Positions 36,790 to 50,874 of a stretch of DNA of 64,000 nucleotides are shown in pieces. The DNA is from Podarcis pityusensis (Eukaryota). The first letter of the stretch is position 1, and each line of letters begins with the position of its first letter. The translations under genes and the position numbers were made by a program. Below the pieces are notes generated by a model that was not told where the DNA came from, did no database searches, and worked only from the letters and a program-made list of their open reading frames with translations. The stretch lies in NCBI GenBank assembly GCA_964106645.2, contig OZ067041.1; one strand, 5' to 3'.

Positions 36790-39345
36790 GAGAACATCTA
36801 GCTAGTACCCTCCAGTGGTACATACTGATGAAGTATAAACAATTCAAAAGCTAAAGTGGACTGAAAAGAAATCCAGCATTACAGTTGTCATTACTATTGA
36901 TAGCTAACTGCTACAGTCAAATAAATATGTTTCATAAATCTTATTCTAGTTATTAGTAAACATAGAAGCCTTAGAGTTTACTGTTGCTAATTTGAGCTTC
37001 TTTATAATTGTTTGTAGGATTACCAAACTCTGCTATAGTTCCTTTATATAATTATAGATAAAATTTTCGCTGTACAATTTTCTTCTTCATCTTCTAGAAA
37101 AATTCACATTTCAAGCAATTTTAACTTAGCACACATTGTTTAATTCCCTATTTGCTTATTTTTAAAAGTTAGGGGCATCAATCCAGAGGTGCACAAGCTC
37201 TGGATCCAAGCCCACTGCATTTCTCTCATATACAAATTATTGCTACAACCATGGTCTTGGTATACATAGATAGAATTTCCATGTTTTGCTCCAAAATAAA
37301 TTCTGCATAGATAGTGTTTTCCCTAACTGATTGCTCTAAAACTCAAGACAAGCCAAACAGCTGAAATCCAACCACATACATTTGATTGACTTTTCAGAAT
37401 TCATAGTCTTCATAAACTTTTTAAGAGGCCTAGTGCATGCAACACCACCTTCCACCCAAACTAATGAAGTATTTTGAATACCTGATTATTGCCTCATCAA
37501 GCTCAGATACAATCCACTTTCCATTAAAATTAATCGCAAAAAAATCCATTGACAGACATAGCAAGTCTGCAACCACTGATATGAAAAACTATCTGACTAA
37601 ATCTGTTTTAAATAAACATACCATTATATAAATATTTCATTAAGTTTGCATAGGGTATTCTGAATATCAGTAGTCAGTAAAAAGAAGAAGAAGAGGAAGA
37701 AGCACATATGTATGGAAGATTATTTAGGTGTTTTGGGAGAGACTGTCACAGAAATATCCTAAGTCCTTACTGGACAAAAAATATAGCGACACAGTTTAGG
37801 CACAATGTTACTGATGCTTTAGCAATGCCACTAGGTTTTTCTAGGCAAATAAACCAGAACATACCCCAAGCACTCCTGAAATCCTAAAACATCTCACAAA
37901 CTTCAAATTAATAAATAGAGTACTGCCAGTTCAATAATTAAATTCTGGAAACTGACCTTTCATATCAAAAAGGAGTTTCAAATAAATCCATGTCGTCTTT
38001 ATACTACTGCTGTCGGTATCAAAAAGAAAGGTTGTATGTAACATTAAAGTAAGTTGTGTTTCAGGGCTTTCCAACTCCCCATACCCTGCAGAAAGCCTCT
38101 CCCGAAGCAAGCTGCTGTTTTCCCATTTCTTTTGCAATGCATACACAAGGTCAGAGGTTCCCCCAATACTCTGTAGAGGCTTTTTGAGGAGTGTGGGGTG
38201 TTGGAGTCGAAATGAGGAGTCGAAAAGCCCCATTGCACAATAAGACTTCCATTCCCATAATGTTGGATACAACCCACTGTATTTATTCCTTGACGAATAC
38301 ATATCAGCAGGGTTGCAGCACTGTAATTTATAGGTACTAATCACTAACTCTCTGCATAAAGCAGCAAATAGATTTATGTAAAGTTGTCCAAACTTTCTCA
38401 TGTATAGAGACAAGAAACAGATGTTCTTTCAGAACGTCAGCTCTCCAAAAACATATACTCTCAATACGAACATGTCTGGGCTATCAAACAGCATATATTC
38501 ATTTTCTATCAAAACTTTCTATCAAAACAAAAATTTATGAAAGTACAAATTATACAGTTTCTGAAAAATCAAACTGTTGTCTGTATCGTTAAAGTTGACA
38601 CAATGCCAATGAATACAGAAGGCATTCACAAGGAAAATCTCCAGATGTGCAATGTTAAAACCTAATTTAACTCTTTTAAATATTTAAATTTAATCTAACT
38701 CTTTTGCACTCTTTACATTAACATTTGGTAATCAACCAATTGTTTGAGCAAACAATCATTCAAGGAAAGTGCCCTGAGAGCTACTTTATTGAAAATTTCA
38801 AGAAAGATAGCAGAATGTAATGGAATATGTGATTTTAATTTTCCAAAGCTTGAGGCTGAATTTCAGGCATTTCTAATGGTAACATATTGCAGTGTTTTAG
38901 TGTTTGCACCCTAAAAGTAAATACAATTAAATATTAATCTTAAATCCTAAAAACTGGTAACACAGTTTCCATGTTATGGAAATTTCTACAGCAAGAAGAC
39001 AAATTGGGGTCACTAAGAATAGATCATTCATTGTGTTCTGACATGTTGCATGGCTTTTGCATCACTATTAGCAAGTTAGTTTAAAACCACTATTTCTACT
39101 TACTGTGAGTTAATATTTTGCCAGATGTAGAAAGTTTACTGTTTCATAGAAGAAATGACACATTACATATAATGGAAATAATCCGTCAATTCTTGTCTAG
39201 CTACTTACTGAACACTGAGAGGTATCAATTCACCATATCCCTGTGCAGGTCACAACTCAGGGTGCTTTGCACTGTGTTTTCTGGACCATTCTGAAGGCTT
39301 CTGAATATTAGGACACAACTCTTGCTGCCCCACACTAATGCAGGC

Positions 39346-39619
39346 CAGTGTTAGCAACTGAGATATGAAAGCTAAGAGCTAAATGGTACCTTAAACTTAG
39401 GTTATGGGCGCAACAACAGAATGTTTAGGTGCACTTTTAATGAACTGCAGATAAAATCTTATATTCATTTTTCACATGATTTAGTCCTCATCTGAAGACT
39501 GCAAAAAACAAAGCCATGCTTCCCCTGCCCACCCCTCTGCAGTTTTAACATGAAATCATAGCGCAAATGAAATTCCTTGTCACAAAACACATCTAGAGCA
39601 ATGGGAGTTTCAAACACAG
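39346..39619. mobile_element. hAT MITE, family X copy 1
   Basis: TIR CAGTGTTAGCAAC / GTTTCAAACACAG; TSD ATGCAGGC / CTGCAGGC (7 of 8 match). Confidence 0.8.
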
Positions 39620-39968
39620 CTGCAGGCTGTAACTCCCTCAGTGCGTTTTGGTTATGTATCAGAGTAGCTTAGTAAAACAAAAGGGTCCAGGTACATTAGC
39701 TACCTCTGCCCTACCATAAAGCAGAAAGGACGGAAATACAAAAATCTGAAAGGCAAATAACTCTATAAAAAATTGGCTTCCTTTAATATCACAGATTTGT
39801 TCATTAATTCATTAAACCTTTAACACTGCAAAAATTACACTGTTAGGAAGTACAAGTTACATTAACACTACACATTAACAAAAGCTGTAGATTATTTGAA
39901 GTTTTCCATTGCCATGCAAACAAAAGATTTTATTTGAATGCAAACATAAATAAAACACATGCTGAATG

Positions 39969-40354
39969 CAGTGTTCGAAACTCCCATTGTTCTAGGCGCA
40001 TTTTGCGACAGGGAATTTCATTAGTGAGAACAGTTTCTGAGCTCTGGGCGCAGTACTACGCCTAAGATTCCAGATTAAAACTGCAGAGTGGAAGGAAAAG
40101 AGGACCTTTTTCTGCCTCCCCACCTTCAGCTACTCTCTGAAGACTAGAGAAGAGACCCTCTTAAGAATATTAGGGGGCTGGGCAAGACGAGACCATGTGA
40201 AAAATGAACATAATATTTTAGCTGCAGTTCATTCATTTTCAGCTTTGTATTCTTGTTATAAAGAATCACACCTAGACATTCCATTGTTGCGCCCATAACC
40301 TATACTTAAGGTGCCATTTAGCCCCTAGCTTTCATATCTCTGTTTCTAACACTG
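39969..40354. mobile_element. hAT MITE, family X copy 2 (inverted relative to copy 1)
   Basis: TIR CAGTGTTCGAAAC / GTTTCTAACACTG; perfect 8-bp TSD GCTGAATG. Confidence 0.85.
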
Positions 40355-41489
40355 GCTGAATGTGTGAATTCTCATAAAGTTATTAATCTGTTCATGTGTA
40401 ATGTTTATTACTACCATAGATCATTAGCAAGTTAACTCCCTTTCCACCTTAGAAGATGTCAGGGGCAAGCTTCTACTTAACAAATTCTGCAGATTATTCA
40501 TGGTGACCCGGACACTTTTGGAACTCCCCAACCATTTGTTTTTTTAAAAAGCACAGATAATTTATTATAGTTAAGATTTTTATTGGCCTAACAATTAAAG
40601 ACTCTGGGGTTGTGTCACCAGAAATGTTAAGGATGGCTGAAAGTATCACTTTTATTATATTTGTGACCGTATTATCAATGGTTCTATTGTAAGCTACCAA
40701 GAATTTGCCTGAAACTGGACAAACACTTATTTTCCAAAGTTAGGACCACATGTGATACCTCTCAAACTCGTTATTTTCTCTAGTCTCCACCACTCTTCCA
40801 GTTAGCAAATGTGAGAAACTTCCCTACTGCCTTTGAACCAACAGCACCCATCTCAGCATAGAAGAAGTCACTCAGAGCATTTTTCTACAAATACCCAAGC
40901 CACCTGGTTCTCTGGCAAAGATGCCTATCAGCACACAAATTACTGCCCCAATTTCTTCCTGAATATTGAGAACAAACATAAGGGCTTTTGAATGTTATCC
41001 TGCTGAATTTCATAAAGTATATTCTCCAACACTGTACCACAAACATCATAGTGATGGCAAGCTTCAACGCAAATAAGCCTAGATATTATTGTGAACTTTT
41101 AGAACCATTTTGGTTGAAACGTATACAAATATTGTAAAAGAAGTTTTTAAAATAAAACTTACAACATAAGCCCTCCCTCTCTCAAGGAGAAAAGGAAGCA
41201 GATGTTCTTTCTCTAAACTTTGGAGCAGCAGAAGTAGTGTGGATACTCTGCTATCCCCAAACTTGAGATTAGCCTTCCCACAATAAGCATTTATGAACAT
41301 TGCAGTATGGACTTAGGGGCATTGCTGTTGAACTACCATGTAATCTCTCCCAGTATTCGATCAGTATCAACTCTCCTGGGATTTATGCCCATTAGTTAGA
41401 GTCCTGCCTTCTGGGGCACCAGAAAACAAGTACTGTACGTATTTACCCTTTTCTATCAGACAGCCTTCAGAAAGTTAAAGCATATTATC

Positions 41490-42400
41490 ATTTCCTCTTC
41501 TCAATATTCTCTCCTCCAGGCTGAAAATATCCACTTCCTTAAACCTTTCTTATAAGGACTGTTTTCCATACCCCTATCTTTCATTGCTCTCTTTTGAACC
41601 CATTTAAATTTGCCTAGATCATTCTTAAATTAAGGCACCCAGGGTTGGTCACAATGTACCAGATGAAGGCTGACTAGTGCAGAATAAAATGGAAACTAGT
41701 ATTTCTGTTGACATGGAAACTTTCTGTTGACTACTATTCTATAAATGCCCCAAACTACATCAACGTTTCTTGCAGCTGCATCATGATACTGACTAAATTT
41801 CAGTCAGAAACCAACTACATTTTCACATGCCCAATTGCTAACCCATAAAACACTTTATTGCTATACCTGTGCATCACGGGGGGGAAGGGGGAGAGAGAGT
41901 TGGCCTACATCCATAACTTTGCATTTGTTTCTGTTGAATTTCATTTTTCTTAGGTTTGGCCCAGTTTTTCATGCTATAAAGGTCATTTTGATCCTCCACC
42001 GCCCCCGCCCCCCGTCTTCTGAGATGTTTAATATTGCTCCAGAGCCCTCAAACACCCCAACTCAAAACAAGTTGCTCACAGTTCCCCTTTTGGAAGAAGA
42101 CTGGAGGAGGGTGGGGAGTTCAGCAGATTCACATTTTCCTTGTCATCCATTCATCATCCTTACCGAGCTGTTGTTCTATAATTTCTCTCCTCTTCCTTTG
42201 AATATACCTTTAAAAGTTGTTTTTGTTCTTTTAGCATTCCCCCAAAGCACCAGCTTATTTCAAGCTTTAGTTTTCTTGACACCACCACTACAACTTGGGG
42301 CCACTTAGTTGTACTCACCCTTGCTTACCCTTCCTTCCACTTCTTTGTATATGTCCCTTTTATCTTCAGCTCCTTCCTAACCCCTTCTTCCAGCTACACT
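41490..42400 (-). mobile_element. Old CR1-like LINE fragments
   Basis: CTCCTCCAGGCTGAAAATATCC (reverse of the FSLEER motif) and further decayed RT-like segments. Confidence 0.5.
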
Positions 42401-42544
42401 AGTTTCTTAACACCTCTCTCATTTCTCTTCTCCCCCCCCCCCCGGAATTGCTTGCAATTGTGCCGTTAGTGACCCCATCTTCAGGAATTCTCACCCACAT
42501 TAGTCTGCTTTCCCCATTGGCATATCCAGCCATGGAATCCTACC

Positions 42545-42891
42545 TAGTGTTAGAAACTAAGATATATAAGCTAGGCACCAAATGGCACCTTAAACCTAGG
42601 CTATGGTTGCCACAACAGAATGTCTATTTGTCGGGGGTTTGACTAGATGACCCTTGGGGTCCCTTCCAATGCTAACATTCTATGATCTCAACTATACTAC
42701 TTGACTGTAGCTTGCTCTTACTTGTCCTAGTATGCAATAAGGAGAAACACACCGTGGAAAAAGAATTAACTATATAGACTAAGGCAGAGGTTTTTAAACT
42801 GTGGTCACCAACCTGGCACCCAGAAATCTCCAAGTAGTCACAAATGGACCAGCACTAGTAGTGAAATGCACCTGGGGAATTTCGAACACTG
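42545..42891. mobile_element. hAT MITE, family X copy 3 with nested fragments
   Basis: TAGTGTTAGAAAC / TTTCGAACACTG ends; perfect TSD ATCCTACC; contains a CR1-like 3' tail at ~42633-42688. Confidence 0.8.
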
Positions 42892-43804
42892 ATCCTACCT
42901 AGCATTTTCTTGAACTTATTGAAATTCGTTTTCCTATAATCCAAAGATACCCGAGGATGCTCACTTTTGGCTTTAAATAATTTCATGAAATTCTACATTA
43001 CAATGTCACTTTTCATTAACCAACTCTTCCCTATTGGTTAAGATCAAGTCAAGTATAACTGACTCCCTCATTACTAGACATTGCCTCAGTTTCTTCTGTA
43101 CTGGCACTGATTAGCACATGTCCAAAAGATGCATGACATCCTACCCCACAAGTCACTAAAAGGGTGGGGTAGGACGCGCTTATACACACTCTGCTGAGGC
43201 ACATAGGGGCTGGGAACGGAACCCCCACAAGAAATGGTTGTTGACTGTACCTTTAATGCTTCACTTCATGCTTACCTTCGGGTTACTGAATTGTGGCACA
43301 AGCTCAACTTACAGTATTTACCTCAAACAGGTAAATATTAGGGATCGATAATTAACCAACATAATCGCAAACTTCCAAAATGGAAGAGCCATATGTCTAT
43401 TTCATTGCATGCAACTGCCCTCCTGGCAGAACTTATTCCTCTGTCCACAACATCTATTAAACACACTACTACTGTTTCAGATGACCTGTTGGTCCTTCTC
43501 TTTCTAGAGTCTGATTAGCCCTCAAGCCAGACAACTGCTACCCTTCTCCCTACCCCATTCTGGTTTACAACCAATGATTCTTAGCCATGGACACTAAGCC
43601 TGCTTCTTGTAATGTTTCTGGTACACTTTCTTGAACTGCTTTGAACATATATCTGGCACTGTTCATTTCCATCATGAGTCATACAAGAAACCATATACTG
43701 AATGCCATGTACACTTCTAGTAGCTTCATACCCAATAGCTAGAAACCATAGGTAACAAAGATAACCAACCTAGTCCCTATTATAATGAAGCCAAAGTACA
43801 CATA

Positions 43805-44213
43805 CAGGAATCGCCCCATTTACACATGATCGACTCACACACTACCATGTATACACAAAGCACCAGGAAATAAATAAACCTGGAAATGGCTGGAGAAGAG
43901 ACCCTCCCCAGATCCCAAAGAGGATGTAAAGTGAGGAAGCCCCAAAAAGACTATAGGCACAGTGGGGCTTTGCTTAGGATGCTCAGCCTCTCAGTCTAAC
44001 AGCTGGTGTGTGCAGTAGCAGCAGCCACTTTTCTGCAAGTCCTCCAGCCGGCCCCCAAGCTTCAATTCTAGTTGTGGATATTTTTAGATACAGTATTTTT
44101 TATATGGATTGAAGAGAGCGCAGCAGAGAGGGCATTTAAAGGGTGTTCCCCATTTTCTGTTATGAGCATGGGGGCCTGGAACATAAACCCCGTGTAAGTG
44201 GGGGTGATACCTG
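43805..44213. mobile_element. Tc1/mariner-type MITE
   Basis: TA-CAGGAATCGCCCCATTTACAC...GTGTAAGTGGGGGTGATACCTG-TA. Confidence 0.7.
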
Positions 44214-46446
44214 TAACTGAATAATTCACATGTTTTTACCCTTGCTTATCCATCTCTGTTCCCTCTTTCCTCCATGTCACTGCAAGCCCCTTGGTAAAAG
44301 GATAATTGATTGATTACAGTGGGGCAACAAGTTCCATACTGAAAAATATAAAATGTTAGATTGCGGTTCTAAGTTCAACCAATAGTTAACTTGTTTCCGA
44401 AACAACACAACCCAAGCAACAAGTAGTATGTGAGCTACTAGTTCTGAGCCAGCAGTGACTTTCCAAGCACAAAATGGAAAGCTGCGCTTGCCAATCAAAG
44501 CAGTCTACAACTCTTTTATACTTTACTTTTGGCCTCAGCAGCGCTATTTTCCAAGCAAATCATTTGCAGAGCTGCAGCTATTGGCCCAAACCAGTGTTGA
44601 ATGACTTCTGACCCATCAGATATTCCTTTACAAAAGGAAAAGTAATTCCAGAGGCCTGTATGGTAACAGTTCACAAACTCTGGATTAGGATCCAGCCATT
44701 ATTTGCACTAACCACCAAACTTTTCCCTGTCCCAAGTCCTCTACACTTTGGCAGAGCACTAAGGGAAGGGAGAAGAGTCAGAGCAGTATACTGTTTGATC
44801 ATCCCACAACCAGTCTGACTTTAGATACAGGCAGACTCCCATTTACATGGCAGTAACATTCCGAGGCACTGCGAATATCAGTGAAATTGTGTATAATTGA
44901 AACCTATTTTAAAAGCCTGCAAACACTCATTCGGGTCTTTTAGTGACATCTTTTTGAAGCTTCCAGGTCACTTCCAGGTTCGGCAGATGAGCATATAGCC
45001 GTACACACTGTCACACACATATTGAATGGGGGGCTGCCAATATACCATCTAGAGTACAGTGGATAGGACATATTTACAAGGGCTTCTGAGAATCTAGCTA
45101 GCAAAATATTTAAAGTACTTGTTGCAGCGACCAAGTTAAACCCACAAGTGGATAGGATTAGTTTGTTAATATTTCATGAAGTTTTATCAAATATCTAGAA
45201 CTCAGGACCAGGCAAGAACTGGAACCACAGAAACATGCATTTGTAGGCTTAGAAAGTACATTTAAGTTATAGTAGCATCATTTTTTATGTTGAGGCAAGA
45301 ATATCCACACACAAGACATTCTCAATACATTAATTCATCCAAAGAATGGAGCACTTAGTACTTTACTTCATCAATTTACTATCACTCAAGAAGGCAAGTG
45401 ATGCTACAAGGAATTGTAAAAAGGCCTGTACTGTTACCCATTCAGCCAGAGTGGCAAATGTAACAAGACCTTTTCATCAAGCCCCCACAAAGGGGAAATA
45501 AATCTTAGCATTGTTTGCACCAGGTAACTTGCCTGCTATGACTGCAGGACACGATAGGCTAGAAATCCAAACAAAAGCATGCAATGTGGCAAAAGAAGAA
45601 ATTAGGGAGAAATTTCATCACAACCAAGATTTTAAGGGAAATAGCTGGTATTTAAAATGCACAGTTCTTGCACAAGTTCTTTCCAAGAAATGAATGTATT
45701 TTGGATTTTAGATGAACTGCTACAGAATGTATGCACATACAAAAATGTTTTAAGTTAAGGAAAATAAATTCATACACATCATTTCTGAATTGGCAGAAGT
45801 CTTGTTACCAGTGCAGAAAAGTGCCCATTGCACAGGTGCAGTAACTTCTTGTGTAATGAAACCACAGTAATTCAGTTCCAGCTCCAATAGAACATAGGCA
45901 CACAAAATAACAATATGATACCATTTACTGACACTCCTATAACTACAAATCACAATGTAAAAGTAGATAAAGAACTACAAGCAGACTGCATACTGGACAA
46001 AAGACAAAATTGAGTAAACATCAGACTGCAGAAGGGCACAGGACAGCAATCAGTTTGCATCAACACGAATACTTGGGAATCAACAACCCTTTGCAGAAAA
46101 GCTATAGAACTGGGTTGGTTAAAAAAAAAAAAATACAGAAAAAGCAGCATAAGCCACAGGACATAAACAACTTGGCGTGGGGACCCAAGTGTTGGACTAT
46201 GGTAGCAGTATTATTGTAGTTAAAAGTTTTAACTTCTACACTTCACAATTTTCAGCATTTTTACAAAATGGTAAGTGACCCTATTTCTAAGGAGACACTT
46301 TTTTATCCCAATCTCATGACAAAGCAACCCAACCTACTTGGCGGGGGAACCATGTTATTTTCTGTTCTCTTGCCCCAAGACCTATCTAATGCACATACTG
46401 ACATCCTGCTTAAACTGCGGTATTAAATTCATATACTTGAAAGTAA

Positions 46447-46810
46447 AGGTAAGGTAAAGGTACCCCTGCCAGTACGGGCCAGTCGTGACCAACTCTGGGG
46501 TTGTGCACCCATCTCGCTTAAGAGGCCAGGGACCAGCGCTGTCCAGAGACACTTCTGGGTCACGTGGCCAGCGTGACGAAGCTGCTCTGGCGAGCCTGCA
46601 CCAGCGCAGCACACGGAAACGCCGTTTACCTTCCCGCTATAAAGCAGTATCTATTTATCTACTTGCACTTAAGAGTGCTTTCGAACTGCTAGGTGGGCAG
46701 GAGCTGGGACCGAACGACGGGAGCTCACCCCACTGCGGGGATTCAAACCGCCGACCATATGATCGGCAAGTCCTAGGCGCTGAGGTTTTACCCACAGCGC
46801 CACCTGCGTC
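46447..46810 (-). mobile_element. Sauria SINE (Squam1-type), near full length
   Basis: Minus strand starts GGACGCAGGTGGCGCTGTGGGTAAAACC, has B-box-like GGTTTGAATCCC, ends in an ACCTTT-type tail; TSD CTTGAAAGTAA. Confidence 0.85.
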
Positions 46811-49800
46811 CTTGAAAGTAAGCTTCATTACATTTAAGAGCTTGCTTCCAAGTATATTTTGGATCCACATGTTAATTAGGCAAGCAGAGTCCCACTGACC
46901 TCAACTGGACTTGGAACTGTAAGCATGCAAGCTGAGAATACATTGAAAATAATAAAAGAAAAAATATTTGAATAGCTAAAACTTGCATGCAAGTTCTCTC
47001 TCAGGTATGCTTTTCTTAATAAAAAGAAGAAAATTTAAAAATACACTGAAATTTCATAGACACATACTTCCTGCTGAAACATGACAATTTACCAGCTTGA
47101 CAAACAAGAGTTCTAAAGACATAAAAATACAAATGAGAACAAAACTGCAAGTATTCCCTGTAAAAGTTGTATATACTAGGTTTACAACAAAAATATCAAG
47201 GTTTTCAACTATCTTTGAAAGTCAATATAAGAGAACAAATATTCAAGACATGATACTTGAAACACAGCCATTTCAATAATAGCTTTTAAAATGTCACTTT
47301 AGAAAACTGTTTCACTAAAGTGTTACCAGATGTCTTAAATGACTTTTGTCCTACCTAGTCAATAAACGACCTGTTACTCTTCAGAAACTGTTATGAAACC
47401 TGCTACCATCCCACAAAAGAGTGCATATTCTTGACTATTGTCACAGATAGCTATTTCTTACTCCAGATACTAGCATTTATAATATTGATCTTGTAAAAAT
47501 TCCAGCATTTTGAAACAACTATGAGTCATGATAATATAGGATTCTCTTATTTCCCCAAGGAAATGTATCCCATCTTTCCATTTCACAATGAAGTACTCAA
47601 AGCAGATAAAGGTGACACTGTAATGTGAATTATGTTCTAACAAGCAAAGAATTTAGTTGTTTTCCCATGACTGGTCCTCTAAGATGCTGGCCTTCTGTAA
47701 TAGGAAAACATTATTAGAAGGGTAAATTCAGAGAGACATTGAACAGGCTGCAAGTGAAGCAAAGACAAAGAGTAACACAGAAGATATTTGTATGTTTCTG
47801 CCTTAAAACCTATTTATGAATAGCATGGGGGGGGGGGAACCAAGTAAGTTTAAAAGATGAAGGAACTTATTGCAATCTTTTAAGTATGCTTTTATAGTAC
47901 AGCCAAAACATTATTTGGAAGAAACATCAATTGATTTTAAATTGATATACATCCAAAGAAGTATTTGTAGCACTTTAAGTTGGAAGAAAGTCTCAATTCA
48001 AAATCAATGGCATTTGCTTCCAAGTAAAAATGTTTAGGGTAAGTGTGAGTAATTTTTTCAATCAACACATGAAAAAATTATCTTGCAACTTATTCCACAT
48101 TATAGTAATATAATTTTGTTCAAAACAATTCATAAATTTCAGTTATATGTCACCTTTAGCTCCAGATGTGATGGAAAATATTTTTTCATATTCTAATACC
48201 TAGTTGAACCTAATTTTCAAAATAATGTTCTTAACCACTTTAAGAGATTTCAAAGAGCAGAATGAGAAAGCATTTCACAAATAACTTCAGAAATTATTAA
48301 AGCTGATTGCTGCTATTAGTAATTGATATTCAGTGATTCCTTTTTTTAAAGGACTGTGAAATGTTTATGGATTTTGTGTTTATTATCTATCTCCTTTCTT
48401 GCAAACCACCCTGTGCCTTTTGTGCAAATCAACCAAATAAAATCTGCATTTTCTAAGTTTTATCCACAATTTCCTCAAGTGATGTACATATTATTAAAAC
48501 TCTAAGTCCAGAACTCACTTAAAACCCATTCTTCCAAACATTTCTTCTTAGCCATAAATGATAAAAGCTAAATACAACATAATTAGAAGACATCTGCAAG
48601 CATAAGTTGCAGCACAATTCATACAAAAACCTGATGAACTTAAATGATATTGGGGCCATGTCTTCACACAGTAGATAGTGACAACTGTATTGAACCACAC
48701 CCCCACTTTTAAGTCTGTGTTGAAGTCCATTCAAATATTATTTGTATCAATATCGTATGTTAAATACACGGGGCAAAATTAGGATGCTGAAAGAACAGCA
48801 CACTACTGTATGTCTTTTAAGACTGCAATCGTAAGCAGTTACATGGGAGTAGGTGCCACTGAACTCAGTAAGGCTTGCTTCTAAGGAAGCATGCATAGGA
48901 CTGTTGTGCGAGTCAAGTTTGAGGTGTCTTGAAAATCCTTTGTTGTTGTTTAGTCATGTCCGACTCTTCATGACCCCTTGGATTCTTTACTGCATATGTC
49001 ACCCAATCCTCTGCATGCTTATTCAGAAGTCCCACTGAATTCAATGGTGCTTAAGTCACAATTGTATATAGATTTGTAACTCTCCAGTCCCTTATCTATG
49101 TACATTAGGACACATTTTGTACATGGTCTGAAAATAACTACCCCAATAACATTAAAACTAAATTCATCAAGTAAATTTGCTGTGACTGCACACCTCTCCA
49201 TTAAAATCAATGGGAGCCCAGACGCTAATTATATCAAGGTAAAATTGCAGCCTAAAAATGCTTAAGCATCTCACAAAGCAAGCCTGTGTTCAAAAAGGCA
49301 CTACGTCGATTATTCATACAAGATATCTAGGAGATATGTTCCCGAGTTTGGAAAAAAAGGTCTTTTAAAAAAAGACAAACAAGATAATGTGAACTATAAC
49401 GCATATTTTGCACAGTAACTAAAATGTAAGGGGTTATAAACCACCAGGACTACACAAAGAACCAGAATATAATCTTCTGGAACCTAACGGAGAAAGGGTG
49501 TTGAATTCTGAGGGCTTATCCGGCAACACGACGGCCTTACTGGAAACCAGGAGTGCAGCCATGACACAGCCCACCTGCGCCCATGACAATAATGTTTACA
49601 AGGAATGCGAATGCGCTGGGCCTGGCGGTTTGAGACCGGATTTAGAAAGAAAGAGCTTGAGCAGGGCCTTATTTCCTGGCGTAGCCCAGGCCTACACGAT
49701 TCCAATCACTCCACCTCAGTAATGGCGTTTGGCGTGAAGTGAAACGAGACTCAAAAGGAACTAAACGCCGGGCGAAGCTGTGCCGGGAGCCCCTTCCCTC

Positions 49801-50820
49801 CGCCGTGCCTCCTTCGCCCCGTTCCCCCGGCTACTTGAGAAAGGGGGTCAGGCGAGAAGCCGGCCAGCTCTGCGGGGCCGTGTTTCCCCCTCCCAGGGAC
49901 TGCGGATACCGGGCGTGCGCGCCCCATTCTCCCGCAAGGCCCAGGACAGGCCGGGCAGAGAGAATGAGTCGTCAGCCATTTTCCCTTCTCACTCCAAAAC
50001 ACACCGACACACGCACGGGCAGGCATTTCCCAACCCCCCAAGACACGCTGACACACACGGCGAGGCGCCCCCACCCCGCCGGTTCAGCCCCCTTGTTTTC
50101 CCCACAGCGTGGCCCCCCTTCCTCCCAGCCCCCCACCCCGCCGCCGGCCATGGCAGCCCCAGCGCCTTCCCCAGCTCGCTCACCCCCACACAGCCGCCCC
50201 TGTTTCCGCTGCTGCTCCTCGCGCTAGTGCCGAGGCCCGCTCCGCTCCCGGGCGCCGCCGCCGCCGCTGGCTCTGCTGGCGATGAGAGGAGGAGGAGGAG
50301 GAGGCTGCAGCGGGTGTGGCTGAAGAGTTTCTCATCCCAGGCGGCTGCAGCCGCAGCAACCAGCGGGGCTGTGTCTCATGCCGGGCAGGAGTCGAGTCGC
50401 TGCCGTTACTACTGCTCCCAGGGAGCCGCCCGACACGCCGCGAACTGGGCCGAGTCTCCTTTCCCTTCCCTTTTAGTTTTGCGTCACCAGCTGTTCGGTG
50501 GGGCCGCCGCTTCCCGGCGACGGCCGCAGTGCTGGGCGCCCAGAGGCAAGGCCCGAGCCCGCTGCGCTCTGCCTCGGCCAGGAAGCTCGGGCTGGGCTGG
50601 GCCTGCGGGGCTCCGTCGCTCCCAGTCCGAAGGAGCCGATATGCGCCTAGTGCCTCGGAGGAGGGCAGGGGAGCAGGAGGAGCGGGGAGGGGGCGACGAG
50701 ACGGGGCTCCTCTCTTCGGCGAGGCAACGGAGGAGAGCCCGGCTGCGGAAGAGGAGGGGACGGAGAGCAGCGGCGACGCGAGGCACAGGCGCGGCGGAGA
50801 CGGTGTGTCTGTGTCCCGGG

Positions 50821-50832
50821 CAATATGGCGGC
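50821..50832 (-). promoter_or_regulatory. YY1-type motif (GCCGCCATATTG on minus strand)
   Basis: Matches the YY1 consensus GCCGCCATNTT, commonly found just downstream of CpG-island TSSs. Confidence 0.6.
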
Positions 50833-50847
50833 TCTAGCAGGGTTCGG

Positions 50848-50874
50848 CCAGCAGCAGCAGCGGCGGCGGCGGCG
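50848..50874. repeat. (GCA)n(GCG)n trinucleotide tract near the putative TSS
   Basis: CAGCAGCAGCAGCGGCGGCGGCGGCG on the plus strand. Confidence 0.8.

Noticed and set aside
37931-38413. 160-aa minus-strand ORF in intron 1
   Set aside because: Non-ATG start, no recognisable homology or exon signals; likely a chance ORF
40490-40770. Possible decayed L1 ORF2 C-terminus on the minus strand
   Set aside because: Similarity too weak to support by eye
46700-46810. tRNA-like A/B boxes
   Set aside because: They are the tRNA-derived head of a Sauria SINE, not a tRNA gene
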